A model generated the notes under the pieces. That model searched no databases. It was not told the origin of the DNA and saw only the letters and a program-made list of their open reading frames with translations. Shown piece by piece: positions 54,596 to 63,831 of a stretch of DNA of 64,000 nucleotides. This DNA is from Candidatus Collierbacteria bacterium RIFOXYD2_FULL_45_13 (GTDB taxonomy: Bacteria; Patescibacteriota; Microgenomatia; UBA1400; MFAQ01): positions 223,557 through 287,556 of the forward strand of contig MFAS01000001.1 of assembly GCA_001774685.1 (NCBI GenBank), given 5' to 3'. Position 1 is the first letter of the stretch. Every line of letters starts with the position of its first letter. Both the position numbers and the translations under genes were made by a program.

Positions 54596-55108
54596 ATGAA
54601 ACTAGGTCTAAAGCTATTTCTCTTGTTAGTCGGCGTATTCATGAGCGCTGTCCTCGTATCTCTGTGGCTTTTAAACGCCAATCCGAGATTCGATGTCCCG
54701 CTTCAAGCTCCCGATAGCTATTTCCTGATCAATCGGATGGGGCAACGTGGGGAGGCTTACAAAATCTACCCTGAAGGATGGAGTTCGGCGAACTATGATC
54801 TCATAGTTCCGTTTCTCAAAAACAACAATCTTTTCGACGGTGAAGGAGAAGTCATCGTTTTTGACAAGGAACTCGTCGGTTGCTCCGGAAGCTACACCGT
54901 TGCCATTGCTTCCAAATGGCTTGAAGTACCTCTGTTTACTCAGTTGCAGATCTCCCCTGGGGAGTTCCCCCACGCGGTTTCCTACATCCGGCCCATGGAC
55001 TTCTACTACGCCGAAGGTTCATCGCAGGAATATCAGATTGAGATCCAGCGCGAGATTTTACCAGACGGCTTCAATTGTTCCGAAGCCACCGTCTTCTTGT
55101 TAAAGTGA
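54596..55108 (+). CDS. orphan membrane-anchored or secreted protein
   Basis: TTGACT...TAAGAT promoter, GGAGG SD, N-terminal TM. Confidence 0.72.
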   Translation: MKLGLKLFLLLVGVFMSAVLVSLWLLNANPRFDVPLQAPDSYFLINRMGQRGEAYKIYPEGWSSANYDLIVPFLKNNNLFDGEGEVIVFDKELVGCSGSYTVAIASKWLEVPLFTQLQISPGEFPHAVSYIRPMDFYYAEGSSQEYQIEIQREILPDGFNCSEATVFLLK

Positions 55109-55112
55109 TTCC

Positions 55113-55139
55113 AAAAGCCTTCCACCTGGAGGGCTTTTT
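55113..55139. terminator. bidirectional terminator
   Basis: AAAAGCCTTCCA/TGGAGGGCTTTT between convergent genes. Confidence 0.8.
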
Positions 55140-56541
55140 ATTGTTCCAGCAACTCTTTCATCTGCCCCTCAATTTTTTCTGCTCTCTTTTTGTTTTTTCC
55201 AAAAACGATATATGACAGATATCCATCGGGCAGCAAATTTGATGAGCAAATCACAAGACCTTCCTTAGTTCTCCTGGAAAACAAAATTGGCTCCATCAGT
55301 TTATGAAGCTTCTTAAACGTAAACTTTTTCGGGGGGATGTTGTACATATTATTCGAAACGACAAAGCTCTTCTTGGTAAAGTTTCTTCCCACAAGTTCCT
55401 TTCCGGCCTCATAGACGTGGGTTCCCCCGGTTACTCTTACATTCGATTCACTTACATAGATACCCCCACCTTTAGCTGCGATGTAATCGACGTCAAAATA
55501 TCCTCGATAGCCGTCCTTGGAAAACTGCTCACCGATCAAGTACCCGATATCCGTCACTCTCGACGCCACTCTCTTTGGTAACACATCTTCGCCAATTTCC
55601 ACCCCCCCAAACTCCCCCTTGTTGTTCACTCTCATCCCGCAATAATAGAGAAATTCCACCTCACCATCTTTCCGAATAAAAAATTCTGCGTTTGGGAAAC
55701 CTCCTCCAATTCTGGGATTAGGTATAACGAGCGACTCAACAACAATAGGGAACTTCTCCCAGTAAGCATCTTTCTTCATTATTGTCACAAGCTTCTTCTC
55801 GCAATCAGTAAATCTTTTCGGTAATTCTCCTTTATTAAAAATCAAGACACCGGCGCCGGAGTGTCCTTTGTTGGTTTTTATCACCACCCCGCCCTCCTTG
55901 ATATATTTATTGGCGGCGATTCCTGCTGTGTCTACGATACCTGAACTGACCACACCTTCCGGCATTTTCAGATCCGCCCTGATTGCCCCGTTTATTTGAG
56001 TCAGTTGTCTGATGCCGGATTTGCTACCGTAAAAGTTGACCGTCCAAGCATTTGCTCTCTCCGGCGCTTCATAGGTTCGGACATCGACCCCCTTTTTCCG
56101 CAATAATTCCACCAACTTCAAGAAGTATGACGTCGTCGAATAGGCAGTCAGATTAAGCCTTTTGTGTTCTTTTCCCAATTGAACCAGTCTCTTAATCACG
56201 GCACCATCGCTTATTGCATCCTTACAAAGAAGACCTGTGTGTTTGGATGGTACCAGTATTTCCAAGTCTCTGACCTGACACAACTCTTTGTAATAATCTA
56301 CAAATAAGGGGTCAATGGCCTTCGGGGTAATAAAAGTAAACTCAAACTCCTCAGCCATTGAAAACAGATCCTTGTCAGACAAATTAGCGTTCTCGTTTAT
56401 TTCCCACTTTTGCAGTTTTTTATCCCCATAGGCCTCAATGAAAGGCCACACATCCTCCGAACAATTAAATATTCTTACTACCCTTTCTCGCTTCTTACCC
56501 CCAGGCTTTTCCGTATTTTTTATTTTCTGCGTCTTTTTCAC
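55138..56541 (-). CDS. ATP-grasp fold ligase (pre-ATP-grasp/PGM1-like)
   Basis: VIK...GHSGAG, IVVE, GYRGYFDVD, SESNVRVTG. Confidence 0.75.
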   Translation of the reverse strand: MKKTQKIKNTEKPGGKKRERVVRIFNCSEDVWPFIEAYGDKKLQKWEINENANLSDKDLFSMAEEFEFTFITPKAIDPLFVDYYKELCQVRDLEILVPSKHTGLLCKDAISDGAVIKRLVQLGKEHKRLNLTAYSTTSYFLKLVELLRKKGVDVRTYEAPERANAWTVNFYGSKSGIRQLTQINGAIRADLKMPEGVVSSGIVDTAGIAANKYIKEGGVVIKTNKGHSGAGVLIFNKGELPKRFTDCEKKLVTIMKKDAYWEKFPIVVESLVIPNPRIGGGFPNAEFFIRKDGEVEFLYYCGMRVNNKGEFGGVEIGEDVLPKRVASRVTDIGYLIGEQFSKDGYRGYFDVDYIAAKGGGIYVSESNVRVTGGTHVYEAGKELVGRNFTKKSFVVSNNMYNIPPKKFTFKKLHKLMEPILFSRRTKEGLVICSSNLLPDGYLSYIVFGKNKKRAEKIEGQMKELLEQ

Positions 56542-56584
56542 TTCCTTTCCAGTTTACTCGCCTGAATAGATTTGTAAAGATCAC

Positions 56585-56610
56585 AAAATATCCCCGCCAA
56601 TTGGCGGGGA
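56585..56610 (-). terminator. terminator-like perfect palindrome
   Basis: TCCCCGCCAATTGGCGGGGA with an AT tail on the minus strand. Confidence 0.65.
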
Positions 56611-56618
56611 AGAAACTT

Positions 56619-56930
56619 CTAGATCGGGAAAAAGGTTATATGCATGTACGGCATCAGAATGAGAAGACCCAGTACAAACGAGACCAGCCAATACACGGCG
56701 AAAGCCATTAACCCAGCCTTCATCTTGTCTGTTCCTATCAACAGCACTATCGCCGCCCCACCAAGAACCAATAGGTAGGAGAACTGTGAAAATATAAAAA
56801 GAACGATGTAGGTGGCGACAGCCTCCCCACCACCCCATGAATAAGCCAATACCGCACCAATCGCGAGCATAATCACAGATATAGCCAAAGCAAATACGGC
56901 AGCCGTCATCATCTTGGCCTCCTCAGGCAC
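56619..56930 (-). CDS. small membrane orphan protein
   Basis: Three hydrophobic segments, terminator downstream. Confidence 0.65.
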   Translation of the reverse strand: MPEEAKMMTAAVFALAISVIMLAIGAVLAYSWGGGEAVATYIVLFIFSQFSYLLVLGGAAIVLLIGTDKMKAGLMAFAVYWLVSFVLGLLILMPYMHITFFPI

Positions 56931-57164
56931 AGATTTGATTTCAAATAGCCCCTAATTGTATCATTTGTGCTATAATCATCCTCAGTCCACGGAAACGTTG
57001 TCAACAGTGATCTGTAAGCCGAGAAAGAGTCAGTTAGATTTTTATTCCCGCCTGTCTGCGAAACCTACCCCGTAAATTAGGATTATTTGGCGTTTTTTCC
57101 GCGCCCAACTTATCGGATTCCGGTAAGCTACAATATTATTTAGGAAAATAAATTATAAAAAATT

Positions 57165-58817
57165 ATGTCTCAACTTAAGTTGATTCCTCTTGGCGGTGTC
57201 GGTTCGGCTACCAAAAATATGTACGTTTACGAACTGGGTGACGATCAGCTGGTGGTCGACTGTGGCATGGGTTTCCCCCAGGACAGCGCTCTCGGAGTGG
57301 ACTCTGTCATTCCCGATATTAGTTATTTGGAAAAGCCGGGTAAACATCTCCATGGAATTGTCCTCACCCATCCACACATGGACCATATTGGTGGCCTTCC
57401 CTACATCCTCCCTCGTCTCAAGGACGTGGAGGTTTTTGGTGGCAGGCTCGCCATTGCTATGGCCGAGATTCGTGTCCGCGAGTTTGGCATCCCGAACCGC
57501 ATGACCACCGTGGAAGGGTCTTTGGATCTTGGTCCTTTCCATATCCAGTTTATTCATTCAACTCACTCCGTACCCAACTGTTTTCACCTTTTAATCAAAA
57601 CCACCGCTGGTACCGTTTATCATGGTGCAGATTACAAGTTTGACTTAACACCTATAGACAATCTACCACCGGATTTGGGTGGTATGGCCAAGGCCGGAAC
57701 CGATGGTGTGGACCTAATGCTTACCGACTGTCTGGGTATCGAAAAGTCCGGATATTGTCCATCAGAAAGATCTTTGATGAAAGCTATTGATGAGGAAATT
57801 AGAAACACCGCGGGAAAAGTAGTTTTCACCGGCATGTCTTCCTCTATTTCGCGTTTTCAAATCGCCATTGATGCCTCTATCAAATATCACCGTCGCATCG
57901 CCGTTATTGGTCGCTCAGTAGAACAGAACATTGAGGCCGCTATCAAAACCGGCTTTATGAAAATTCCGAATGGTACATTGATCAAGCCTCAGCAAATCGC
58001 CGGTCTCCCGGCTAACCAGGTCACCATCATTATCTCCGGTTCTCAAGGTCAGACCGGATCGGCCATGCATCGTCTCGCCAACAACGAGCATCGTATGGCA
58101 AGATTGAAAAAAGGAGATAAGGTTATCATCAGCTCCAATGCCATTCCCGGTACGGGTAATGACGCTGACATTTTTGATCTGATGGATACTTTGTACAAAA
58201 ACAGTATTGACGTCATTTACTCCGGTACTTCCGAAAACCTTCATGTCTCCGGTCACGGTTATCGTGGTGATATGGCACTTCTCGCAAGACTTGTACGCCC
58301 GAAGAACATCATCCCTATCGGGGGAGACCTTCGACATATGATGCTTTACAAAAATTTAGCCAAAGACCTCAATCACGACCCCAACAAAGTCTTTGTCCTA
58401 TCCGAGGGCCAGTCAGTTATTCTCGAGGACCACGTTGTTAAAGAAGGTCCGAAATTCGAGACCAAGAACATATACGTCGACGGTTTGGGTATTGGCGATG
58501 TCGGCACCGTTGTTCTTCGCGACCGCCAAGTCATGTCGGAAGACGGTATTTTGATTGCCATAGTTCCTATTAGGCGTGACAATTCACAGGTTGCCGGGGA
58601 AATTGAAATAATTTCTCGAGGATTCGTCTATCAAAAGGAATCCCAAGATCTTATTCAGGATGCCAGAAAGCACGTCCTTACCTGTCTCAAAGATGTCAAA
58701 GGCATTGCCACCGACTGGGGCTTCATAAGGAAGAAGATCGAAGGGGAGTTGGAAAAGTTCGCTTTCGAGCACACCCAGCGTCGACCCATGGTCATCGCCA
58801 TCGTCATCGAGGTCTAG
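57165..58817 (+). CDS. rnj: ribonuclease J
   Basis: PLGG, THPHMDHIG, HSVP, GSQG, HVSGH, LRDR..MSEDG. Confidence 0.93.
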   Translation: MSQLKLIPLGGVGSATKNMYVYELGDDQLVVDCGMGFPQDSALGVDSVIPDISYLEKPGKHLHGIVLTHPHMDHIGGLPYILPRLKDVEVFGGRLAIAMAEIRVREFGIPNRMTTVEGSLDLGPFHIQFIHSTHSVPNCFHLLIKTTAGTVYHGADYKFDLTPIDNLPPDLGGMAKAGTDGVDLMLTDCLGIEKSGYCPSERSLMKAIDEEIRNTAGKVVFTGMSSSISRFQIAIDASIKYHRRIAVIGRSVEQNIEAAIKTGFMKIPNGTLIKPQQIAGLPANQVTIIISGSQGQTGSAMHRLANNEHRMARLKKGDKVIISSNAIPGTGNDADIFDLMDTLYKNSIDVIYSGTSENLHVSGHGYRGDMALLARLVRPKNIIPIGGDLRHMMLYKNLAKDLNHDPNKVFVLSEGQSVILEDHVVKEGPKFETKNIYVDGLGIGDVGTVVLRDRQVMSEDGILIAIVPIRRDNSQVAGEIEIISRGFVYQKESQDLIQDARKHVLTCLKDVKGIATDWGFIRKKIEGELEKFAFEHTQRRPMVIAIVIEV

Positions 58818-58845
58818 CTTTGCTTGAGTTATACTAATAATATCT

Positions 58846-60996
58846 ATGGCTCGAAAAAAAGGACGTCGCTCCAAACCATATAAGCTGAATCTAAAAAAAG
58901 ATACTCTAAACTCAATTTTTGCCATTGTTCTAATGGGCCTCGGTGTTCTCATTGCCATTTCTTTTTCTCAACAAGGGGCTGTCCTCTCCAAAATAAATGA
59001 GATGGGTAGACAGTGGCTTGGCTGGCCCCTTTTTTTTCTCCCCTTTATCTTTATCATCGGCGGCTTGATCGTTACTCACGTCAAGCTTCCCATTGCTTCC
59101 ACCAATGTGCTTCTTGGTAGTGTTATCACCATGATCTCTTTGAATGGATTGTTTGGGGCCGGCAGTGTTGGAGCGGGCCTCAAAGAATCAGTCGTTTCTC
59201 TAATTTCTCTTCCTGGTACCATTCTCTTTTATTTCGTCGGTGTTGTTATCGGGCTTTTTATTCTTTTTGAGACTTCGATTGAAGATTTGTTAGTTCTGAT
59301 ACAGACTCTTTATGGTAGTGTCACCGGCGCTTTTGGTAAACTGAAAAGCTTGCCTGTCAAAGGAGGCTCCCCTGTGTTTTTGAGTAAATCGAATACTGTC
59401 AAAATTACCGGTGGCGACGAGTCGAAAGTGGGTCATTCTCCAGCCCTCCCTTCCGTCACCGCCCCCATAAAAATTATTGGCAAGGAGCATCAGGTCAACC
59501 GTTCTATCCAGACCGCTGTCGATTCTAAAAAACTTCCTGACGGTGCCACCGCCGGTGTTTGGCACTTCCCACCCATTAATCTTCTATCAGATCAAAAAAT
59601 TGGCAAGGCCGATAGAGGCGATATCAAGAAGAATATCGAAACTATTCAGAACACTCTTGGTTCGTTTGCCATCCAAGCTAAGGTTACCGAGGTTCACCAA
59701 GGTCCCGCTGTCACGCAGTACGCCTTGACCATTACCGCCGGGACCAAACTCTCCAAGATCAGTGCCCTTCAGTCCGATCTGGCTTTGGCCTTAGCCGCAC
59801 CACAGGGGCAGATCCGTATCGAAGCCCCCATTCCTGGTCGTGATCTGGTCGGTATTGAAATTCCTAATCGCTCTTTGGAGTTTGTCTCTCTCCGTGAGAT
59901 GCTTACTGACAAAGCTATGCAAGAGAGTCGCTCAAAAACCACTTTTTCCCTCGGACTCGATGTCTCCGGAATGCCGGTCATTGCCGATATCAATAAAATG
60001 CCTCACCTGCTCATAGCTGGCACCACCGGTTCGGGCAAATCGGTCTTAATAAATGCCATCATTTCTTCCATTTTGTTCCGTGCCTCTCCGGAAGAAGTCA
60101 AATTTATTATGGTCGACCCCAAACGTGTCGAGTTGACGCCTTACAACGACATTCCTCATTTGCTTACACCGGTTATCACCGATGTCAGTAAAGTAGTTAA
60201 CGCTCTAAAGTGGGCCACCGCCGAGATGGAAAGACGCTACCGCCTTTTTGAGGAAATGTCGGTTAAAAACATCGCCGGTTATAACGAACTTAGCGGTTTT
60301 CAAGCCATGCCATACATCATCATAATTGTCGATGAAATGGCTGACATTATGATGTCCAAGAATGCCGGAGAAGTCGAAGAAACCATCGTCCGTATTGCCC
60401 AGATGGCCCGTGCTGTTGGTATTCATCTTATCTTGGCCACCCAGCGTCCTTCCGTGAACGTACTTACCGGTTTGATAAAAGCAAACATCCCGGCGCGGAT
60501 CGCCTTCCAAGTCACTTCCATGATAGATTCTCGTGTCATTATCGATACACCTGGTGCCGAAAAACTTCTAGGTAAGGGTGACATGCTTTACATTCCACCC
60601 GACACCGCCAAGCCAAAACGCATACAAGGAGCCTTTGTCTCTGATAAGGAAATTAAGAACCTCATAGATTTCATTAAGAGCTCCGGCGTTACCGCGCAGC
60701 TAGATGAAACCATCACCAAAGATAAGGGAGGAAAGAGCACCCTCTCCTCTGGTGGTCTCAATCTAGGCCCGGTAGATGAAAAATTTGAAGAAGCCGCCCA
60801 TTTGTGTATCGCCGAAGGCAAGGGGTCGGCTTCCCTGTTACAGCGTCGTTTAGAAGTTGGCTATGCCAGAGCGGCTAGGATACTGGACCAGCTGGAGCAG
60901 GCCGGAGTCCTTGCCCACGCCGCAGGTAATAAACCCCGTGAAGTTATTGTTGGCAGTTTTAGCGAAGTTTTCCCAGAAGGTGACGAAAACTCCTAA
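58846..60996 (+). CDS. ftsK: FtsK/SpoIIIE DNA translocase
   Basis: N-terminal TMs, PHLLIAGTTGSGKS, DPKRVEL, ATQRPS, gamma domain LQRRL.VGYARAAR. Confidence 0.96.
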   Translation: MARKKGRRSKPYKLNLKKDTLNSIFAIVLMGLGVLIAISFSQQGAVLSKINEMGRQWLGWPLFFLPFIFIIGGLIVTHVKLPIASTNVLLGSVITMISLNGLFGAGSVGAGLKESVVSLISLPGTILFYFVGVVIGLFILFETSIEDLLVLIQTLYGSVTGAFGKLKSLPVKGGSPVFLSKSNTVKITGGDESKVGHSPALPSVTAPIKIIGKEHQVNRSIQTAVDSKKLPDGATAGVWHFPPINLLSDQKIGKADRGDIKKNIETIQNTLGSFAIQAKVTEVHQGPAVTQYALTITAGTKLSKISALQSDLALALAAPQGQIRIEAPIPGRDLVGIEIPNRSLEFVSLREMLTDKAMQESRSKTTFSLGLDVSGMPVIADINKMPHLLIAGTTGSGKSVLINAIISSILFRASPEEVKFIMVDPKRVELTPYNDIPHLLTPVITDVSKVVNALKWATAEMERRYRLFEEMSVKNIAGYNELSGFQAMPYIIIIVDEMADIMMSKNAGEVEETIVRIAQMARAVGIHLILATQRPSVNVLTGLIKANIPARIAFQVTSMIDSRVIIDTPGAEKLLGKGDMLYIPPDTAKPKRIQGAFVSDKEIKNLIDFIKSSGVTAQLDETITKDKGGKSTLSSGGLNLGPVDEKFEEAAHLCIAEGKGSASLLQRRLEVGYARAARILDQLEQAGVLAHAAGNKPREVIVGSFSEVFPEGDENS

Positions 60997-60999
60997 ACT

Positions 61000-61620
61000 A
61001 TGAAAACTGTCGGTCAAATCATTCGCGCAGGAAGGCTTAAGAGGAGTCTTTCTGTGGAACAGCTTTCACACCTCACCAAGATTGATGCCAAATACATTAT
61101 GGCACTCGAATCCGATCTCTACTCCGGTCTGCCGTCTGAAACATTTGCCAAAGGTTTTATTCGCAATCTCAGTCAGCGGCTATCTTTAGATTCGGATGAG
61201 TTGGTTGCCATCTTCAGGAGAGATTTTCGTGAGCCGGAACTCACCCGGACGTCCAAAGCCCATCGCCGTACCCTATTTCCGAAAGTATCATCCCAACTGT
61301 TCCCCTTCGCTGTAGGCGGTCTTGTGTTTGTTATTTATTTAATTTTTCAATTCCGCACCATTCTTACTCCTCCAAAGCTGGAAATCTCTCGCCCGTCGAG
61401 TGCCTCTGTCCTAATTTCTCCCGTTGAAATTGAAGGTGATACCTCTATTGATGCCACCATTAGTATTAATGAAGACACGCAGGTAAGCCCTGACTCTTCG
61501 GGACGCTTTCTTGCCAGAATTAATCTACCGATAGGAGAGAATACTCTAGAAATTAAATCGGTAAATCGTTTTGGTCGTTCAACTGTCAAAAAACTCGCCA
61601 TCATCATCATCTCTAAATAA
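61000..61620 (+). CDS. RodZ-like HTH-TM-Ig protein
   Basis: XRE HTH with LP...FAKGFIR, TM, Ig-like C-terminus; follows ftsK. Confidence 0.75.
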   Translation: MKTVGQIIRAGRLKRSLSVEQLSHLTKIDAKYIMALESDLYSGLPSETFAKGFIRNLSQRLSLDSDELVAIFRRDFREPELTRTSKAHRRTLFPKVSSQLFPFAVGGLVFVIYLIFQFRTILTPPKLEISRPSSASVLISPVEIEGDTSIDATISINEDTQVSPDSSGRFLARINLPIGENTLEIKSVNRFGRSTVKKLAIIIISK

Positions 61621-61659
61621 TTTCTCGCACCAATTAGCAATAACTGTTATTATTATTTT

Positions 61660-61959
61660 ATGACCCTTCCTCAAATCGTGTCTCTGATCTCTACGGTTCT
61701 CTTGACCTCTGTGGCCTTGGTTATCGGTATCCAAATGATCTTTATTCTCAAGGAACTCCGCTATTCCTTAACCAAATTAAACCAGACCATCGACACCGTC
61801 TCCGACACTGTAGAAAAAATTGCTCAGCCGGCTCTTGGTCTGTTTGCCATCTTGGAAGGTTTTAAAGAGAGTGGCAAAATAATCGAAACTGTTTCCCGTT
61901 TCTTTGCCAAAGAAAAAAATAAGACTGAGGGAGAAGAAATCTATGACAACACCATCTGA
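61660..61959 (+). CDS. single-TM coiled-coil protein (DUF948-like)
   Basis: N-terminal TM then amphipathic helix; paired with a YtxH-like gene. Confidence 0.6.
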   Translation: MTLPQIVSLISTVLLTSVALVIGIQMIFILKELRYSLTKLNQTIDTVSDTVEKIAQPALGLFAILEGFKESGKIIETVSRFFAKEKNKTEGEEIYDNTI

Positions 61960-62329
61960 AAAAAGCGGTCACGAAGGTGCCTTTTCCACCTTTACTGTAG
62001 GGGTTGCTTTTGGTGTTGTTGCCGCCCTCCTTTTTGGCACTGAAGAAGGTCGGAAACTAGTCAAAAGAGCTCTGGACGCCATCCCTGATAAGTACAAAAC
62101 CCCACCGGTTCGCATTCCCTCAAGTGGGCCTAGAACTCCGATCATCCCCGCCGAAGAAACCTCTCACCATACGACCTTCGACGAACCGTCATTGCGAGGA
62201 GGTACTCCGACGTGGCAATCTCACTCCACCTCAGACGATCAGTTTGATTCATCCTTCGGCGAGGCACCCCCGCCTCCGGCTCCTCACGTTCGCCCCACCC
62301 GCCCCGAACCCTTCAAACCCACCCTCTAA
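61943..62329 (+). CDS. YtxH-like protein with Pro-rich tail
   Basis: F.VG..FG..AALLFGTEEGRK motif. Confidence 0.65.
   Translation: MTTPSEKSGHEGAFSTFTVGVAFGVVAALLFGTEEGRKLVKRALDAIPDKYKTPPVRIPSSGPRTPIIPAEETSHHTTFDEPSLRGGTPTWQSHSTSDDQFDSSFGEAPPPPAPHVRPTRPEPFKPTL
62186..62229. repeat. intragenic palindromic repeat, copy 2
   Basis: CCGTCATTGCGAGGAGGTACTCCGACGTGGCAATCTCACTCCAC; matches 20738-20779. Confidence 0.85.
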
Positions 62330-62497
62330 CTGAATACTGTCTTGAGGTACTCCATGTCAATCCAACAGGCATGAATAGTAATATCCTATAACTTGACAAA
62401 TGCCTCGTTGGGTGATATAATCACGCACATAAGGTTGGGAAAATCTCAGCCGTCACATTCATATTCTGAACATATCAGTTTAAACAAGGAGAAGCAA

Positions 62498-62854
62498 ATG
62501 CCTGACATTCTTTATACAAAGACCGTTGATCTGCCTCGGCCCATGACTGGTCTCATGATCAAGGAAGCTCTGGAAAAATCCGCAGGCAAGGACTTTCGGA
62601 ATGGTTGCTCAGTTTGGGATGAAGACCAGAAAAGCCTTTCTATCGGCGCTCAGCCTGACTCCTACCCCTACGGTCTGACAGTCACAGCCGACAAAAACGG
62701 CACACTTCTCGGCGAAAACGAAACCTATCAGCAGATCGTTGTGCGTAGCAACGATGGCTGGGGCGGTATTGTTTACGCCTGCATTTGTTCCGACGACGAC
62801 GTCATCGGGTTCTGCCAGGACATCATCAAAAAATTCCTGGAATCATTGAAATAA
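62498..62854 (+). CDS. orphan protein
   Basis: TTGACA...TATAAT promoter (62393-62421), AAGGAG SD, downstream hairpin. Confidence 0.7.
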   Translation: MPDILYTKTVDLPRPMTGLMIKEALEKSAGKDFRNGCSVWDEDQKSLSIGAQPDSYPYGLTVTADKNGTLLGENETYQQIVVRSNDGWGGIVYACICSDDDVIGFCQDIIKKFLESLK

Positions 62855-62870
62855 TCAGCCCCCCAATCAA

Positions 62871-62940
62871 GGAGAAATCTCCTCGAAAGGGGGGATTTTC
62901 ACTTTTTCTCCACAAAAATGCCCGCCTTTCGGTGGGCTTT
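62871..62940. terminator. back-to-back terminators of convergent orphan genes
   Basis: AAATCTCCT/GGGGGATTT and GCCCGCC/GGTGGGC stems with T/A tracts. Confidence 0.7.
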
Positions 62941-62947
62941 CTATGTT

Positions 62948-63424
62948 TCAATATTTCAATTCCCAGGGCTCTTCAATTCTCGTCCACTTCACGCAGAATC
63001 CATGTTGTTCCCGGGTAATTCGGAAATCACCAGCATTCAGGTGGGCAGTGACTCCGTCACCAATAGCCGGTGTGATTACATCGAGTCCGTTAACCTCCTC
63101 GTCCCTGATCCATATCCTTTTATCAGGCGTGATCGAGAGGGCGATGAGTTTGCTCTCCCTGCTGAGCCAGAGCGTGCTGCTGTCCAGCTTGATGACCACG
63201 AAGCCTCGGTCTCGCTGGTATTCATAGTTCGGTCGGCTGACCTCGAAAAGTCGATAGAACAGGCTCGCCACCGCAGCTCCCAGAATGCCGAAGACAACGA
63301 TCATCTTCCAATCGGTCCACACTGCGGCCACGCTCGGTACCAGCCAAGCCACCAGGAAGGGAAGAGCCAAAAAGCCAGCCAAAACCGCTCCAGTCACCCA
63401 AAATCGTATCTTATTCATGTTCAT
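62948..63424 (-). CDS. orphan two-TM protein
   Basis: TGATATAAT -10, GGAGG SD before ATG 63424. Confidence 0.7.
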   Translation of the reverse strand: MNMNKIRFWVTGAVLAGFLALPFLVAWLVPSVAAVWTDWKMIVVFGILGAAVASLFYRLFEVSRPNYEYQRDRGFVVIKLDSSTLWLSRESKLIALSITPDKRIWIRDEEVNGLDVITPAIGDGVTAHLNAGDFRITREQHGFCVKWTRIEEPWELKY

Positions 63425-63577
63425 GTACGCCTCCAAATCAGTTTCAACTTACCCCATAATTATATCATCCTCTTCGGCCTGTTGCTCTATAGTAAGCCCA
63501 TAGTTTGCAAATCTCTACCATTTCTGATAAAATACCCCAGAAATTCAAATCGCACTTAACATCTAAATGGAGGTCAA

Positions 63578-63808
63578 ATGTTTGGTTTACCTACTCTCAG
63601 TCTGATTGCCCTTGGAATTGCGGCCGTTATCGCCATTGGTTTGATGGCCTCAATCATGGCAGAGGTTGCAGTACCCTATTTCCCTTATATGCACCCAGAC
63701 TCGCTCAGGCGTGAAATAGAACGCATGAAGCGTGTCCAACATGCCCAAATCACCTGGGGCATGATCGCGGTTGTCTTTTGCCTCTTGGCCGTAATTCTCG
63801 CCTTCTAG
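63578..63808 (+). CDS. small two-TM orphan protein
   Basis: TGATAAAAT -10, GGAGG SD. Confidence 0.7.
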   Translation: MFGLPTLSLIALGIAAVIAIGLMASIMAEVAVPYFPYMHPDSLRREIERMKRVQHAQITWGMIAVVFCLLAVILAF

Positions 63809-63831
63809 GGGCAAGTCAGAAAAGGAGACAA

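Noticed and set aside
62431-62450. AGGTTGGGA match between the 62498 leader hairpin and the 33.4-kb rod arm
   Set aside because: A 9-nt match is expected by chance in 64 kb, and the flanks are unrelated.
1398-63559. Long antisense or alternate-frame ORFs (e.g. 1398-1931, 1847-2563, 29141-29635, 44383-44844, 62918-63559)
   Set aside because: They shadow better-supported genes on the other strand and show no recognisable motifs or initiation signals.
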